From NCBI RefSeq assembly GCF_009914755.1, contig NC_060931.1: DNA of 64,000 nt; one strand, given 5' to 3'. Below the pieces are notes generated by a model, which was not told the origin of the DNA, made no database searches, and was given only the letters and a program-made list of their open reading frames with translations. Source of the DNA: the human T2T-CHM13v2.0 reference genome, Homo sapiens. The position numbers and the translations under genes are program-made. This document shows, piece by piece, positions 50,150-64,000 of this stretch (its first letter is position 1; every line of letters starts with the position of its first letter).

Positions 50150-50800
50150 GCGGGGCAGCCTCAGAGGGAGCCGAGCCTGCCCAGGATGAGCGGCGCCGGG
50201 CGGCGGGGGACGCTGCGGGGTCCCCGGTCCCTGGCTGGAGGAGGTGTTGGGGGGCGCACGTACCCAGCCTCAGGTGAGGCGAGTGTGCGGCAACGGCTGC
50301 AGCCGGAGCTAGCCGGCTTGCAGTGGCCATTAAGGAGCTTCTGCCCGACCTTCTGTTTGTGCCCGCCAGGCGACAACCGCTTGGTGTGCAGCGCCTGCTC
50401 GCTCAGCGTCAGGCCCTTGCTGCGCCCTACGCTGCAGGCTGGGAAGTCGCGCCGGTAGTAGTAGCACAGGCAGTGGGAAAGCTCCTCCTTGTAGCTTACT
50501 GGTGTTGGCCGCCGGGTCGGAGCCTGCGAACACTGACCGGCCGGCTGTGGCCACGCGTCTGCGCATGCGCGCTTCTGGACGACCCGGCAGCCGCTCCTCG
50601 AGTTCCGATTGGTTCCACATGAGGGGCGTGGCTCTCTGTCGTCACTGGGGAGCGCCTTCGCTGACGTCACAGGCGCGGGCCCTCGGCGACGCAATAGCGC
50701 CAGGCCTTCCGCGTCGTCAGAGTGACGGTACAGTGCCTGGAGCTGGGCTGTTTTGTCTTCAGAGTGGTGCCTGGTAACCGCGACTTCCCCGCCATGTTCT
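50150..50800. promoter_or_regulatory. CpG island / probable bidirectional promoter
   Basis: high GC and CpG; NRF1 TGCGCATGCGCG 50560-50571, inverted CCAAT 50608-50612, GC/KLF box GGGGCGTGGC 50623-50632, full CRE TGACGTCA 50662-50669. Confidence 0.85.
50270..50530 (-). pseudogene. NUPR2 (NUPR1L, p8 family)-derived pseudo-exon
   Basis: SYKEELSHCLCYYYRRDFPACSVGRSKGLTLSEQALHTKRLSPGGHKQKVGQKLLNG vs recalled NUPR2 SYEEELYDCLDYYYLRDFPACGAGRSKGRTRREQALRTNWPAPGGHERKVAQKLLNG; terminal TRLT* in a shifted frame (TGA 50272-50270); no in-frame ATG. Confidence 0.85.
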
Positions 50801-52097
50801 GTGTGTTGCTGGCTGGAGAAGGGTGGTTGACAAACTCTGACCCAGCACGGTGTTTCTGTGGGTCAAAACTAGAAAACTATATCCGGGCGCCGAGGTGAAA
50901 GGATCCCTTCAGGCCAGGAGTTAAAGAGCAGCCTAGGCAACGTGGCGCGACCCCATCTCTGTAGTCCCACCTCAGCTTCCCAGATACTTGAACCCCAAAG
51001 TTCAAGGCTGCAGTGAGCTATGATCCCATCACAGCACTCCAGCCTGCGAGACTGAGGTAAACCCTGTCTAAAAAAGTAAAAAAACTATCCAAGTGTGCAA
51101 CAGGGAGGGACTGCTTAAAGAAAACAGAATTGTATGTTCAAATACTTTTAACAAGTGCAAAATGTATAGGCTGAAATAAATAGAGCTGGCCGAGCGCGTT
51201 TGCTCACGCCTGTAATGCCAACATTTTCGGTGCCCTAGGCAGGCCATCACTTGAAGTCAGGAACTCGAGGCCAGCCTGGCCAACATGGTGAAACCCCATG
51301 TCTACTAAAAATATAAAAATTAGGCCGGGCACCTTGCATCGTTTCAGGGGGCTGACACCTCCCTAAGGGCCCGGTAATTGAATCCCTCGGATTTGAGAGT
51401 GAGAAACCTTGGCTCAGTTCTTCCCAGGGGGATCAGCCCAGGGGTAAGCGAGGAGAGGCCAGAAAGCAGGACCCATGAGAAGGACCCCCTCCTGGAGTTT
51501 GAGGCCCATTCCTTCCTGCCCCTGCGTCTCCTCTTTCCAGGACTCCTCCCTGCTCTGCCGCACTCCTGGGGCCATGGCCATGGGGGGCTGCATTTGGGTA
51601 CAGGCCCCAGCGGCAACCCTGGGCCCAAAATGGGCGGGCTCACCTGGAGGGGATCAGAGTAACATGGCAAGAAGCAGGAAAAGCCGCGCTGGAACCGCAC
51701 CTCTCTGCCCCCTGATGTCAGTGGGTGCACTCTTCCCTCACCTCACTCAGGCAGCGGCATGAGTTCCATGGGAGCACTGTCCTGCTCCCTCTGCTGCCTC
51801 TTTTTAGTCTTGGGGCTACCATAACACTTTCCCTTCCCCAGCCCTGCCAACCTGGTGGCACATTGGGCTTCCCTCTTACACGGTCCTGGGGACAGGCCCG
51901 TCTTGTATCATACCTGCAGCGAGACCCTTTTTTTCTCCAGGGCCTGGGGAGCAGCCAGGCTTCCTGAGCCAAATACAGATCTGAACCATACCAAGCTGGG
52001 ATTGGGGTACACACTCTCCTCCTCTGAAAACTAGCTAGGGGTTCGAACTTGGTGAGAGGGAGAGTGTGACAGAGCCAGACCAGACAAGGACTGATCA

Positions 52098-52241
<144 letters not shown>

Positions 52242-52943
52242 TTATCTCTACTAAAAAAATTAGCTAGGTATGCTACGCTCCTATAATCCCTGCTATTCGG
52301 GAGGCTGAGGCAGGAGAATCGTTTGAACTGGAGAGGTAGAGGTTGAAGTGAGCCAAGATCGTGGCACTGTACTCCAGCCTGGGAGACAGAGTGAAACTGT
52401 GTCTCAAAAAAAAGAAAAAAGAAAATGGCTTTGGCAGAGGGGCTGGCCTGGCAGTGCCTTACCTTGGGTTTCTCCTGGGTAGGCCTCTGCCATGAGGAGG
52501 CACTTCCTTCTGCCTGTCCATGGCCCACAGCAAAGGAATGTCTGCTTCTGGGGGTTGGGTGGGGGACTGCTGGCAGAACTGGAAACCTTCTTCAGGTGGG
52601 TTTTTTTTTTTTTTTTTTTTTTTGAGACGGAGTCTCACTCTGTCACCCAGGCTGGAGGGCAGTGGCACAATCTCAGCTCACTGCAACCTTCACCCCCTCC
52701 CCGCCCCCCTGCCGTGTTTAAGTGATTCCCATGTCTCAGCTTCCTGAGTAGCTGAGATTGCAGGCATGCGCCACCACACCTGTCTAATTTTTGTAGAGAC
52801 GGGGTTTCACCATGTTGGCCAGGCTGGTCTGGAACTCCTGATCTGAAGTGATCTGCCCACCTCGGCTTCCCAAAGTGCTGGGATTACAGGCGTGAGCCAC
52901 TGCGCCTGGCCCCTTCAGGTGGGTATTGAGGCTTCACTACAAT

Positions 52944-53381
52944 ACTAGTTCCCCGTTGCTGCCGCAATAAATTACCACACACTTAGTGGCTTAAAACAGC
53001 ACAGAGGTATTCCTTTACATTTCTGAAGGCCAGAATTCTAAAGTCAGTCCCACTGAGTCAACGTGGGAGCAGGGTCAGTGCCTTCCCAGGCTCTGCGGGA
53101 GAATCTGTTTCCTGGCCCTGGAGGCGGCCTGTACTCCTCAGCTTGTGCTGCCCTTCTCGAATGACTCGCGTTTCCTGCTTTCATCACTACACCTCCCACC
53201 GCTCTCCATCACCTGCTCTGCTCTTATAAGGATCCAGGTGAGTACATAAACCCTGTGGGGACAAGCTGGCCAAAGACTCTTAACTTCATTATACTTGCAA
53301 AGCCCCTTTTGCCATATAAGGTCATGTTCACCGGTTCCAGGGATTATGATGTGGGCATCTTGGGGGCATCAGCCTACTACA
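52944..53381 (-). mobile_element. MaLR (MLT1-like) LTR
   Basis: aataaattaccacacacttagtggcttaaaacagc and ...cagcctactaca motifs. Confidence 0.7.
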
Positions 53382-53483
53382 GCTAGGCTGCAAAACTATT
53401 ACACCCTCCTGGTGTTTCAATGATTGGGAGAAAAAGGGTTGGGATTTTTTGCTTTGGGGTCCCTGTTAAACTTGTATCTGTAA

Positions 53484-53660
<177 letters not shown>

Positions 53661-54170
53661 TAAGCCTGGCTAGGTTTTGTATTTTTGGTAGAGACGGGGT
53701 GGGACTGGGGGGTGGGGGAGGGGAGGGGGTTTTCCACTGTATTGCCCTTAGCTCAAAGCGGTCTGCCCAGCCTCTGCTCCTGAAATGCTAGGATTACAGG
53801 CCTGCACCACCACCACTGTAAAATATTACTTCCATACAGCTGAGACATGTTTTAGGAAGTTTGCTAAAAGACCCCTGGAGACCTCCTCATTGTGGCCTCC
53901 CTGTTGTCATGTTTAATTTGATTGATCTTTTCTGCACTCCTGCTTTTCATAAATTAAAAGGCTGAAAAGAGGTACTAAACTTTAAAACTTCTCTTATAGT
54001 CTCCCATTAAACTAATTCTAAGAACCACCAAAAAGGGGAACAATTTTTTTGAAAGCAGTAAAATGATATGATCTGTTAGGATGTAAAATACAGGAAATAA
54101 GTCATTATATGTTATTGCTGCTGTGGTATAGGGATGTATTATTGAGAATCAACTTCTGGTCAGTTTTCAG

Positions 54171-54236
54171 AAAAATGGAATAGTCGTATCACTGATCTAC
54201 GTAAACAAGTTGAAGAATTGTCTGAAAGAAAATACA
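54171..54236 (+). pseudogene. GTF2I-like 66-nt exon (EKWNSRITDLRKQVEELSERKY)
   Basis: ttttcag|AAAAATGG...TACA|gtgtgt. Confidence 0.9.
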
Positions 54237-54565
54237 GTGTGTCTAAACTGGAAAAGTCCTGTAATAGTTTGTTCATGAGCATTTACACAATGGAGTTGCT
54301 GTTTCATCATGGGGGTACTGTGGACAAACCCAGGGCTGCTGGTGAGTCATGCCATCCTTACACGTCTTTCCTTGTAAGGTACTTTGTAGTGTCTGTCTAA
54401 ATATTAGAAAGTTTCTTTGTTTCTAGATTACTTGAAAGCTAAGGAAAAGTTGTAGTTCTCTAATTATCAATTAGCATTTCTTTTATACTTTCAGTGTGGA
54501 TATTTGGGATTTCTTTATATATTTATTGCAAAGCCCTAGATCTTAGGGATTTGACTGAAAAAAAA

Positions 54566-54664
54566 ATATATATATGCGTGTATATACACACGCGTATATA
54601 TATACGCGCGTATATACACACGTGTGTATATACGCGTATATATATACACATGTGTATATATATA

Positions 54665-54731
<67 letters not shown>

Positions 54732-54737
54732 CTTTTT
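54566..54737. repeat. (TA/CG/TG)n alternating purine-pyrimidine tract running into an Alu poly-T
   Basis: direct reading. Confidence 0.95.
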
Positions 54738-55174
54738 GAGATGGAGTCTCGCCCTGTCACCGCGGCTGGAGTGCAGTGGCATGATCTCAGTTCACTGCAG
54801 CCTCCGTCTGCCAGGTTCAAGCAATTCTCTGCCTCAGCCTACCGAGCAGGTGGGATTACAGGCGCCTGCCACCATGCCCCACTAATTTTTGTATTTTTAG
54901 GTGAGCCAAGGTTTCACGATCTTGGCCAGGCTGGTCTTAAACTCTAGACATTGTGACCCACCCACCTCTGCCTCCCAAAGTGCTGGGATTATAGGCGTGA
55001 GCCACCGTGCCTGGCCAAATAATATTTTTTTAAACTAATTGTTTCTCTCAATCTGCTATGTTAAATTCGTTATTCGGCTGGGCGCAGTGGCTCACACCTG
55101 TAATCCCAGCACTTTGGGAGGCCGAGGCAGGCAGATCACCTGAGGTGGGAGTTCGAGACTAGCCTGACCTACTA

Positions 55175-55366
<192 letters not shown>

Positions 55367-56141
55367 CTATTGTTTCTGCCTTTGTCTTGATGCATCGCTG
55401 AGTTGACATTAGATTTCAAATTCTTCTTTTCCCTTATCCTATTCTATCCTAAAGCCACCTTTATATAATGATGAAAGAAATTAGCAATTTGTTATTATCA
55501 TCTCTCTGATGGTATATAGTAAATGCTCACCTAAAAATAGCAACAACCAGTGAAAAACATCATGTGTTATGCCGTTTTTATTTGGATGACTATTTATTTT
55601 GCAATCTACTAGCAAGCTGTAGAATTGTATGACATGCAGAATTTTAACTGAAGTGATTTAAGTGAATATTTAAACGTGATAAACCATATCGATGGTGTTT
55701 ATGTTAATATACTTGAACATTTTTTCTTCATCATGAGTAATATAACCTATCCCTCAATGAAAGTCTAGAATTAGAGTAAATTTACTAATGAATTAAATAA
55801 GTTTTCCATAATATTTTTAGTTATGAGCTTAAGGTTCTTTTAGTGTTTCTTCCACGTTTTAATAGTGTACGCCTTTTTTGCCTTTGTTTTTTATTGGTTC
55901 GTTTTAAAGCAAAAACCTCATAAGATGTGCTATTTGGAAGCACTGTAACCTAATGGTAACGTCTTAGGCTCTGGGGACACAGCCTGGCCACATCTCTTCT
56001 CCTTTCTGAGCCTTAATATCCTCTTTTGTGTTCATGAGAACTGAATATCCCGAAGATTTGATAAAGTAGTAAAGTGCTTCACATAATACCAGGCATATAA
56101 ATACATAGTAAATGTTTCCTTCTTATGTTTTTATTGGTTGA

Positions 56142-56444
<303 letters not shown>

Positions 56445-56868
56445 TAGTACTATTCTGAATAAAAATAATTTGCTATTACAGTTTTATAAATTGACTATGA
56501 CCATTTTATAAATGTCAGTGCTTTTTATAAGGTGAAACAGATTATGTTGTGGGGCTTTTATTGTGATGCTGATTTATTAGATTATTTTGTTTAAAGACAA
56601 TAATGTTCAGCTGTTGTGAAATTATAAAAACGATCTTCACATTTCATAATTTTAATGCAATATTAATGGTAATTACCTTAGGGAAAGATAGTTTTGTTGC
56701 GATATATAATACTGAAGTTTAGTGTACAGCAAAGGATATTAAACCTAAGTCAGCACTAATGTGTTATATGGTACACTTGAAACTTTAGTACAAATATCAA
56801 TGTTTAGCAAGTAGACATTAACACAATGATAGCAAAAAAATGGAGCTGTTCTGATGGGAGACCATTGA

Positions 56869-57214
<346 letters not shown>

Positions 57215-57507
57215 TAGCTGTTGTATTATTTTAATCTTGAGTAAATAAATGCTTGCTGAAATGTTGCAGTTCACAAGAATCTTCTGCTTCTGTTATGTAA
57301 AAAATTATTTGTAAAAGTCCAATAAGGTTACACTAATGTTTATGTTTTGAAAATATTACCTCTTCCATTTAGTACTATATGTATTAAATAAAATTAGATG
57401 GTGATTTTTTTTGGCTTTATAATGTGGTTCAGATTTTTGTAGAAAGTCTGGCTGTGTCTACATTGCCTTAAAGCAATGGGATATTTCTCTCTTTTTTTTT
57501 TTTTTGA

Positions 57508-57612
<105 letters not shown>

Positions 57613-57787
57613 TGAGTAGCTGTGATTACAGGCACCCACCACCACGCCCGCCTAATTTTTGTATTTTTAGTAGAGTTAGGGTTTCACCATGTTGGCCAGG
57701 CGGGTCTCAAACTCCTGACCTCAGGTGATCCTCCCGCTTTAGCCTCCCAAAGTGCTGAGATTACAGGCGTGAACCACCTCGCCCCAC

Positions 57788-57862
57788 CAGGAATCTTTTT
57801 TAAGAAGGCTATCTACTTATGGAATTCCTTGCAAAGGAAAGGATTCATTTTGTGATTAAAAA
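57788..57862 (+). pseudogene. GTF2I-like 184-nt exon, copy 1, 3' half only (RRLSTYGIP...KERIHFVIKK), with internal deletion
   Basis: donor AAA|gtaag intact; 5' half and acceptor missing. Confidence 0.8.
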
Positions 57863-57962
57863 GTAAGACTCTTGGGTTCTTGTTGGACTCCTATCTCTGT
57901 TCTTAGTAATATATCTTTGTTATTGTTGACAAATATTCATTCACCACTAGGGTTATATTTAA

Positions 57963-58211
<249 letters not shown>

Positions 58212-59145
58212 TGAGCTTGTGATCCACCTGCCTCGGACTCTCAAAGTGCTGGGATTACAGACTTGAGCCACCGCGCCCGGCGTATTATATGTATTTTTAT
58301 CTACCATTTTTTAATTTGTCTGGGTCCAACATTGAGTCAGTCATGCCAGTGTTAGCTTTTGAAACATGAACACTGCCCGCACCTGACTGGCATGCAACTG
58401 ACATTTTCTTTCACAATTTTCTGCTACTTTTGCTAAAAATAATAGTATCCATGTCTTGCTTTTAGACCTGAGATTTTTATACCATATATGGGAATACATG
58501 ATTGTTCTTCTAGATGTGTAGAGGAAGATAGTCTTGAATGCAATGTGATATTAAAGGATCCCATTTAAGATTTTTGTAATATGCTTCAAAGACCTGTAGG
58601 TTGTAAAGTAGGTCACTTGTGAGGACACATGCTCCATGAAGCACCTTATGAGACATTTTACAATTATTATTTTGTTTTGTTACTCTGTAGAAACCTCAAA
58701 TGAAGGTTTAGTTGCACTCAAGCATCCAGATTGTCTTTTCTTAATTTTTTTTTTCCCTGAGATGGACTCTTGCTCTGTCACCCAGGTTGAAGTGCAGTGG
58801 CATGACCTTGGCTCACTGTAGCCTCCACCTCCTGAGTTCAAGCAATTCTCTTGCTTCAGCCTCCCGAGTAGTTGGGATTACAGGCACCTGCCACCACACA
58901 CAGCTAATTTTTGTATTTTTAGTAGAGACAGTGTTTCACCATGTTGGCCAGGCTGGTCTACAACTCCTGACCTTGTGATCTGCCAGTCTCGGCCTCCCAA
59001 AGTGCTGGGATTACAGGTGAGCGATCATGCCCAGCCTGTCTTGTCTTTTCAAAACCATCCTTGGTGATTCAATGTTAAATATGTACTAGTGGATGTTACT
59101 TCGCTGAATATTGCCTAGTGAATATTAAGTAGTCTCACCTTTCAG

Positions 59146-59204
59146 ACATGAACTTATGGATTTAAGACATGAAGATTTACAGCTTGATAAACCAGCTTCA
59201 GGAG
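59146..59204 (+). pseudogene. GTF2I-like 59-nt exon, copy 1 (HELMDLRHEDLQLDKPASG)
   Basis: ctttcag|ACATG...GGAG|gtagg. Confidence 0.9.
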
Positions 59205-59339
59205 GTAGGTCTTCAGTCTTGAGTCAGATTAGAAGATTATGTGCAGGCTGGCCGTGGTGGCTCACACCTGTGATCCCAGCACTCTGGGAGGCCGAGGTGG
59301 GTGGATCATGAGGTCAGGAGATCGAGACAATCCTGACTA

Positions 59340-59546
<207 letters not shown>

Positions 59547-60878
59547 TTATGTGCAATAATTATTTAATGCTTGACATTGTTTTTTTAAAATGGTACCTTC
59601 CACATGAAATAATATGCTTGTAACTATTAATTATGTTCCAGGACAGGAGAATTCATGTTGTCAAAATTCTTTTTTTTTTTTTAATTTTTTTTTTTCTTTT
59701 TGAGACGGAGTTTTGCTCTTGTTGCCCAGGCTAGAGTGCAGTGGCACAATCTAGGCTCATGCAACCTCTGCCTCCTGGGTTCAAGCAATTCTCCTGCCTC
59801 AGCTTACTGAGTAGCTGAGATTACAGGCATGCGCTGCCACACCCGGATATTTTTAATAGAGTTGGGGTTTCTCCATGTTTGTCAGGCTAGTCTCATACTC
59901 CCAACCTAAGATGATCCACCCATCTCGGCCTCCCAAAGTACTGGGATTACAGGTCAGAGCTACCCCGCCCGGCCTCATTTGTTAAAATTCTAATACTCTC
60001 TAAAACAGTGAACTCATTTTCTTTTTTTAACCCATTATAAATACATGTAAATGTTGCATTTATGGGTAGACAGAACTAAAAGAACAAAATTTGGCCTACT
60101 TTTGAGATGCAAGATTTATCTGGCATAATGCATTGAACAGGTTATTATTGAAGTCTACACCAGTCACTTGAACAAGCATTCATGAAATGTCCATGATACC
60201 CAGGACACAAGAATGTTTCCTTTTAGAGTATAGAGCCATGCATATCATCTCTTAATTGTTTAGATGTGTTTCGAAAGAAATAGAAATAGAATTGGTTTTC
60301 TTACTTGTTTTGCCTCTGGAGTGAAATGGGGACAAAACAGAATGGAATCACACTGTTAAGATTTACTAAAATGGAAGGATTGCAGCAAGATCATATCCCT
60401 AGTCTCCCCATAGCAAATGGCACCTGCTAGCTGTTTTCTTTTCTTTTTTTTTTTGAGATGGAGTCTTGCTCTGTCACCCACACTGGAGTGCAGTGGCGTG
60501 ATCTCAGCTCACTGCAACATCCATCTCCCAGGTTCAGGCAATTCTCCCTGGCTCAGCCTCCCAAGTAGCTGGCATCACAGGCACCTGCCAAAAGGTCTGC
60601 GTAATTTTTGCATTTGTAGTAGAGTTGGGGTTTCACCATGTTGGCCAGGCTGGTCTCAAACTCCTGACCTTAGGTGAGCCTCCCACCTTGGCCTCCCAAA
60701 GTGTTGGGATTACAGGCATGAGCCACTGCGCCTGGTCATATGTTTTTTTATAATGTTGTTTTATTTTAGGAAAGTAAATACAATGAGTAGGACTCAGCTC
60801 CATCAGCTCCACAATTCTCTTACTGTTTTTTTTTTGTTTGTTTTTTTTTTGAGATTGAGTTTTGCTCTTGTTGCCTAG

Positions 60879-61040
<162 letters not shown>

Positions 61041-61345
61041 TAGTCTGGTCTCGAACTCCTGACCTCAGTTGATTCACCTTTCTTGGCCTCCCAAAGTGCT
61101 GGGATTACAGGTGTGAGTCACTGCACTTATCTGTAATGGGATATTTCACTGCAGACTTTGATGAACAGAACATTAGCATTTTTGGTGGTGTTTTTATTTT
61201 ACTCATAATATTTTTCTTTGGACTCAATTACAGTAACAGAAGTAAAGATCAAATTATAAAAATTAAAGAGCAATACAGATTCAATAATTATTCTTTTCTA
61301 CATATTGTGTTTAAATGATACGCTTTTTTCTTTTTGTCTTTATAG

Positions 61346-62472
<1,127 letters not shown>

Positions 62473-62518
62473 TAAGACTCCTGGATTCTTATTTGACTCT
62501 TATCTCTCTTGTGAGTAA

Positions 62519-62707
<189 letters not shown>

Positions 62708-63750
62708 TGAGTAGCTGGGATTACAGGCATGTCCCACCAAGCCCAGGTAATTTTGTATTTTTACTAGAGACAGGGTTTCTCCATGTTGGTCAGGTCTCAA
62801 ACTCCTGACCTCAGGTGATCCACCTACCTCAGCCTCCCAATGTGCTGGGATTACAGATGTGAGCCACTGCACCCGGCCTATTTTAAGTATTTTTATCTTC
62901 CACTTTTTAATATATCTGGGTCCAACATTGAGTCAGTCGTGCCAGTGTTAGCTTTTGAAACATGAACACTGCCCACACCTGACTAGCATGCAACTGACAT
63001 TTTCTTTCACAGTTTTCTGCTACTTTTGCTAAAGAAAATAGTATCCGTGTCTTGTTTTTAGGCCTGAGATTTTTGTGGCATATGTGGGAATATATGATTG
63101 TTTTTCTAGTTGTGTAGAGGAAGATAGTCTTGAATGCAATGTGATATTAAAGGATCCCATTTAAGATTTTTGTAATATGCTTCAAAGACCTGTGGGTTGC
63201 AGAGTTACCACTTTACTTGTGAGAACACATGCTCCATGAAGCAGCTTATGAGACAATTTACAATATTATTTTGTTTCGTTACTCTGTAGAAACCTCAAAT
63301 GAAGATTTAGTTGTGCTCAATCATCCAGATTGTCTTTTCTTAATTTTTTTTTTTTCCAAGATGGAGTCTCTTTCTATTACCCAGGCTGGAGTGCAGTGGC
63401 ATGATTTCGACTCACTGCAACTTCCACCTCCTGGGTTCGGGCAATTATCCTGTCTCAGCCTCCTGAGTAGCTGGGATTACAGGCACCTACCACCACGCCC
63501 AGCTGAGTTTTGTGATTTTAGTACAGATGGGGTGCCACCATGTTGGCCAGGCTTGTCTCAAACTGCTGACCTCGTGATCTGCCTGCCTCTGCCTTCCAAA
63601 GTGTTGGGATTTCAGGCATAAGCCACCATGCCCAGCCTGCCTTGTCTTTTCAAAACCACCCTTGGTGATTAAATGTGAAATATGTACTAGTGGATATTAC
63701 TTTGCTGAATATTGCCTAGTGAATATTAAGTATTTATTCTTACCTTTCAG

Positions 63751-63809
63751 ACATGAACTTATGAATTCAACACATGAAGATTTACAGCTTGACAAACCAG
63801 CTTCAGGAG
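63751..63809 (+). pseudogene. GTF2I-like 59-nt exon, copy 2 (HELMNSTHEDLQLDKPASG)
   Basis: ctttcag|ACATG...GGAG|gtagg. Confidence 0.9.
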
Positions 63810-64000
63810 GTAGGCATTCAGTCTTAAGTCAGATTAAAAGATTATGTGCAATAATTACCTAATGCTTAACATTTTTTAATGATGCCTTCCATATTAAATA
63901 ATATGCCTCTAACAATTATGTGCTAGGACAGGAGAATTCATATTTTCAAAATTCTAATACTCTCTAGAACAGTAAACTCATTTTCTTTTTATTAACCCAT

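Noticed and set aside
50161-50694. 177-aa ORF as an intact NUPR2 gene
   Set aside because: Starts at TTG, has no in-frame ATG and a frameshifted C-terminus; kept only as a pseudo-exon and fusion hypothesis

Overview
Alu-dense primate (almost certainly human, 7q11.21) genomic DNA in three parts. (1) 1-17.1 kb: the 3' half of RABGEF1 (Rabex-5) on the + strand. Five coding exons (82+133+92+257+399 nt, all GT-AG, phases consistent) encode the helical-bundle/VPS9 GEF core and C-terminal coiled coil, followed by a ~2.2 kb 3'UTR with several poly(A) signals. (2) 21.5-48 kb: an unprocessed, truncated GTF2IRD1 pseudogene on the - strand (GTF2IRD1P1), internally tandem-duplicated. The two copies have lost different exons. 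(3) 50-64 kb: a CpG-island promoter overlapping a decayed NUPR2 (NUPR1L/p8-family) coding exon on the - strand, followed on the + strand by GTF2I I-repeat pseudo-exons, again tandemly duplicated (~4.6 kb unit) and full of Alus. Most notable: a candidate duplication-built chimeric transcription unit. A NUPR2-derived first exon ends in a phase-2 donor that is in frame with the first GTF2IRD1 pseudo-exon, and a stop-free splice path can rebuild one complete I-repeat; the unit points antisense into the RABGEF1 3'UTR. Gene identities rest on recognising translated peptides from memory; no database search was run. Most ORFs in the supplied track are Alu or microsatellite artefacts.
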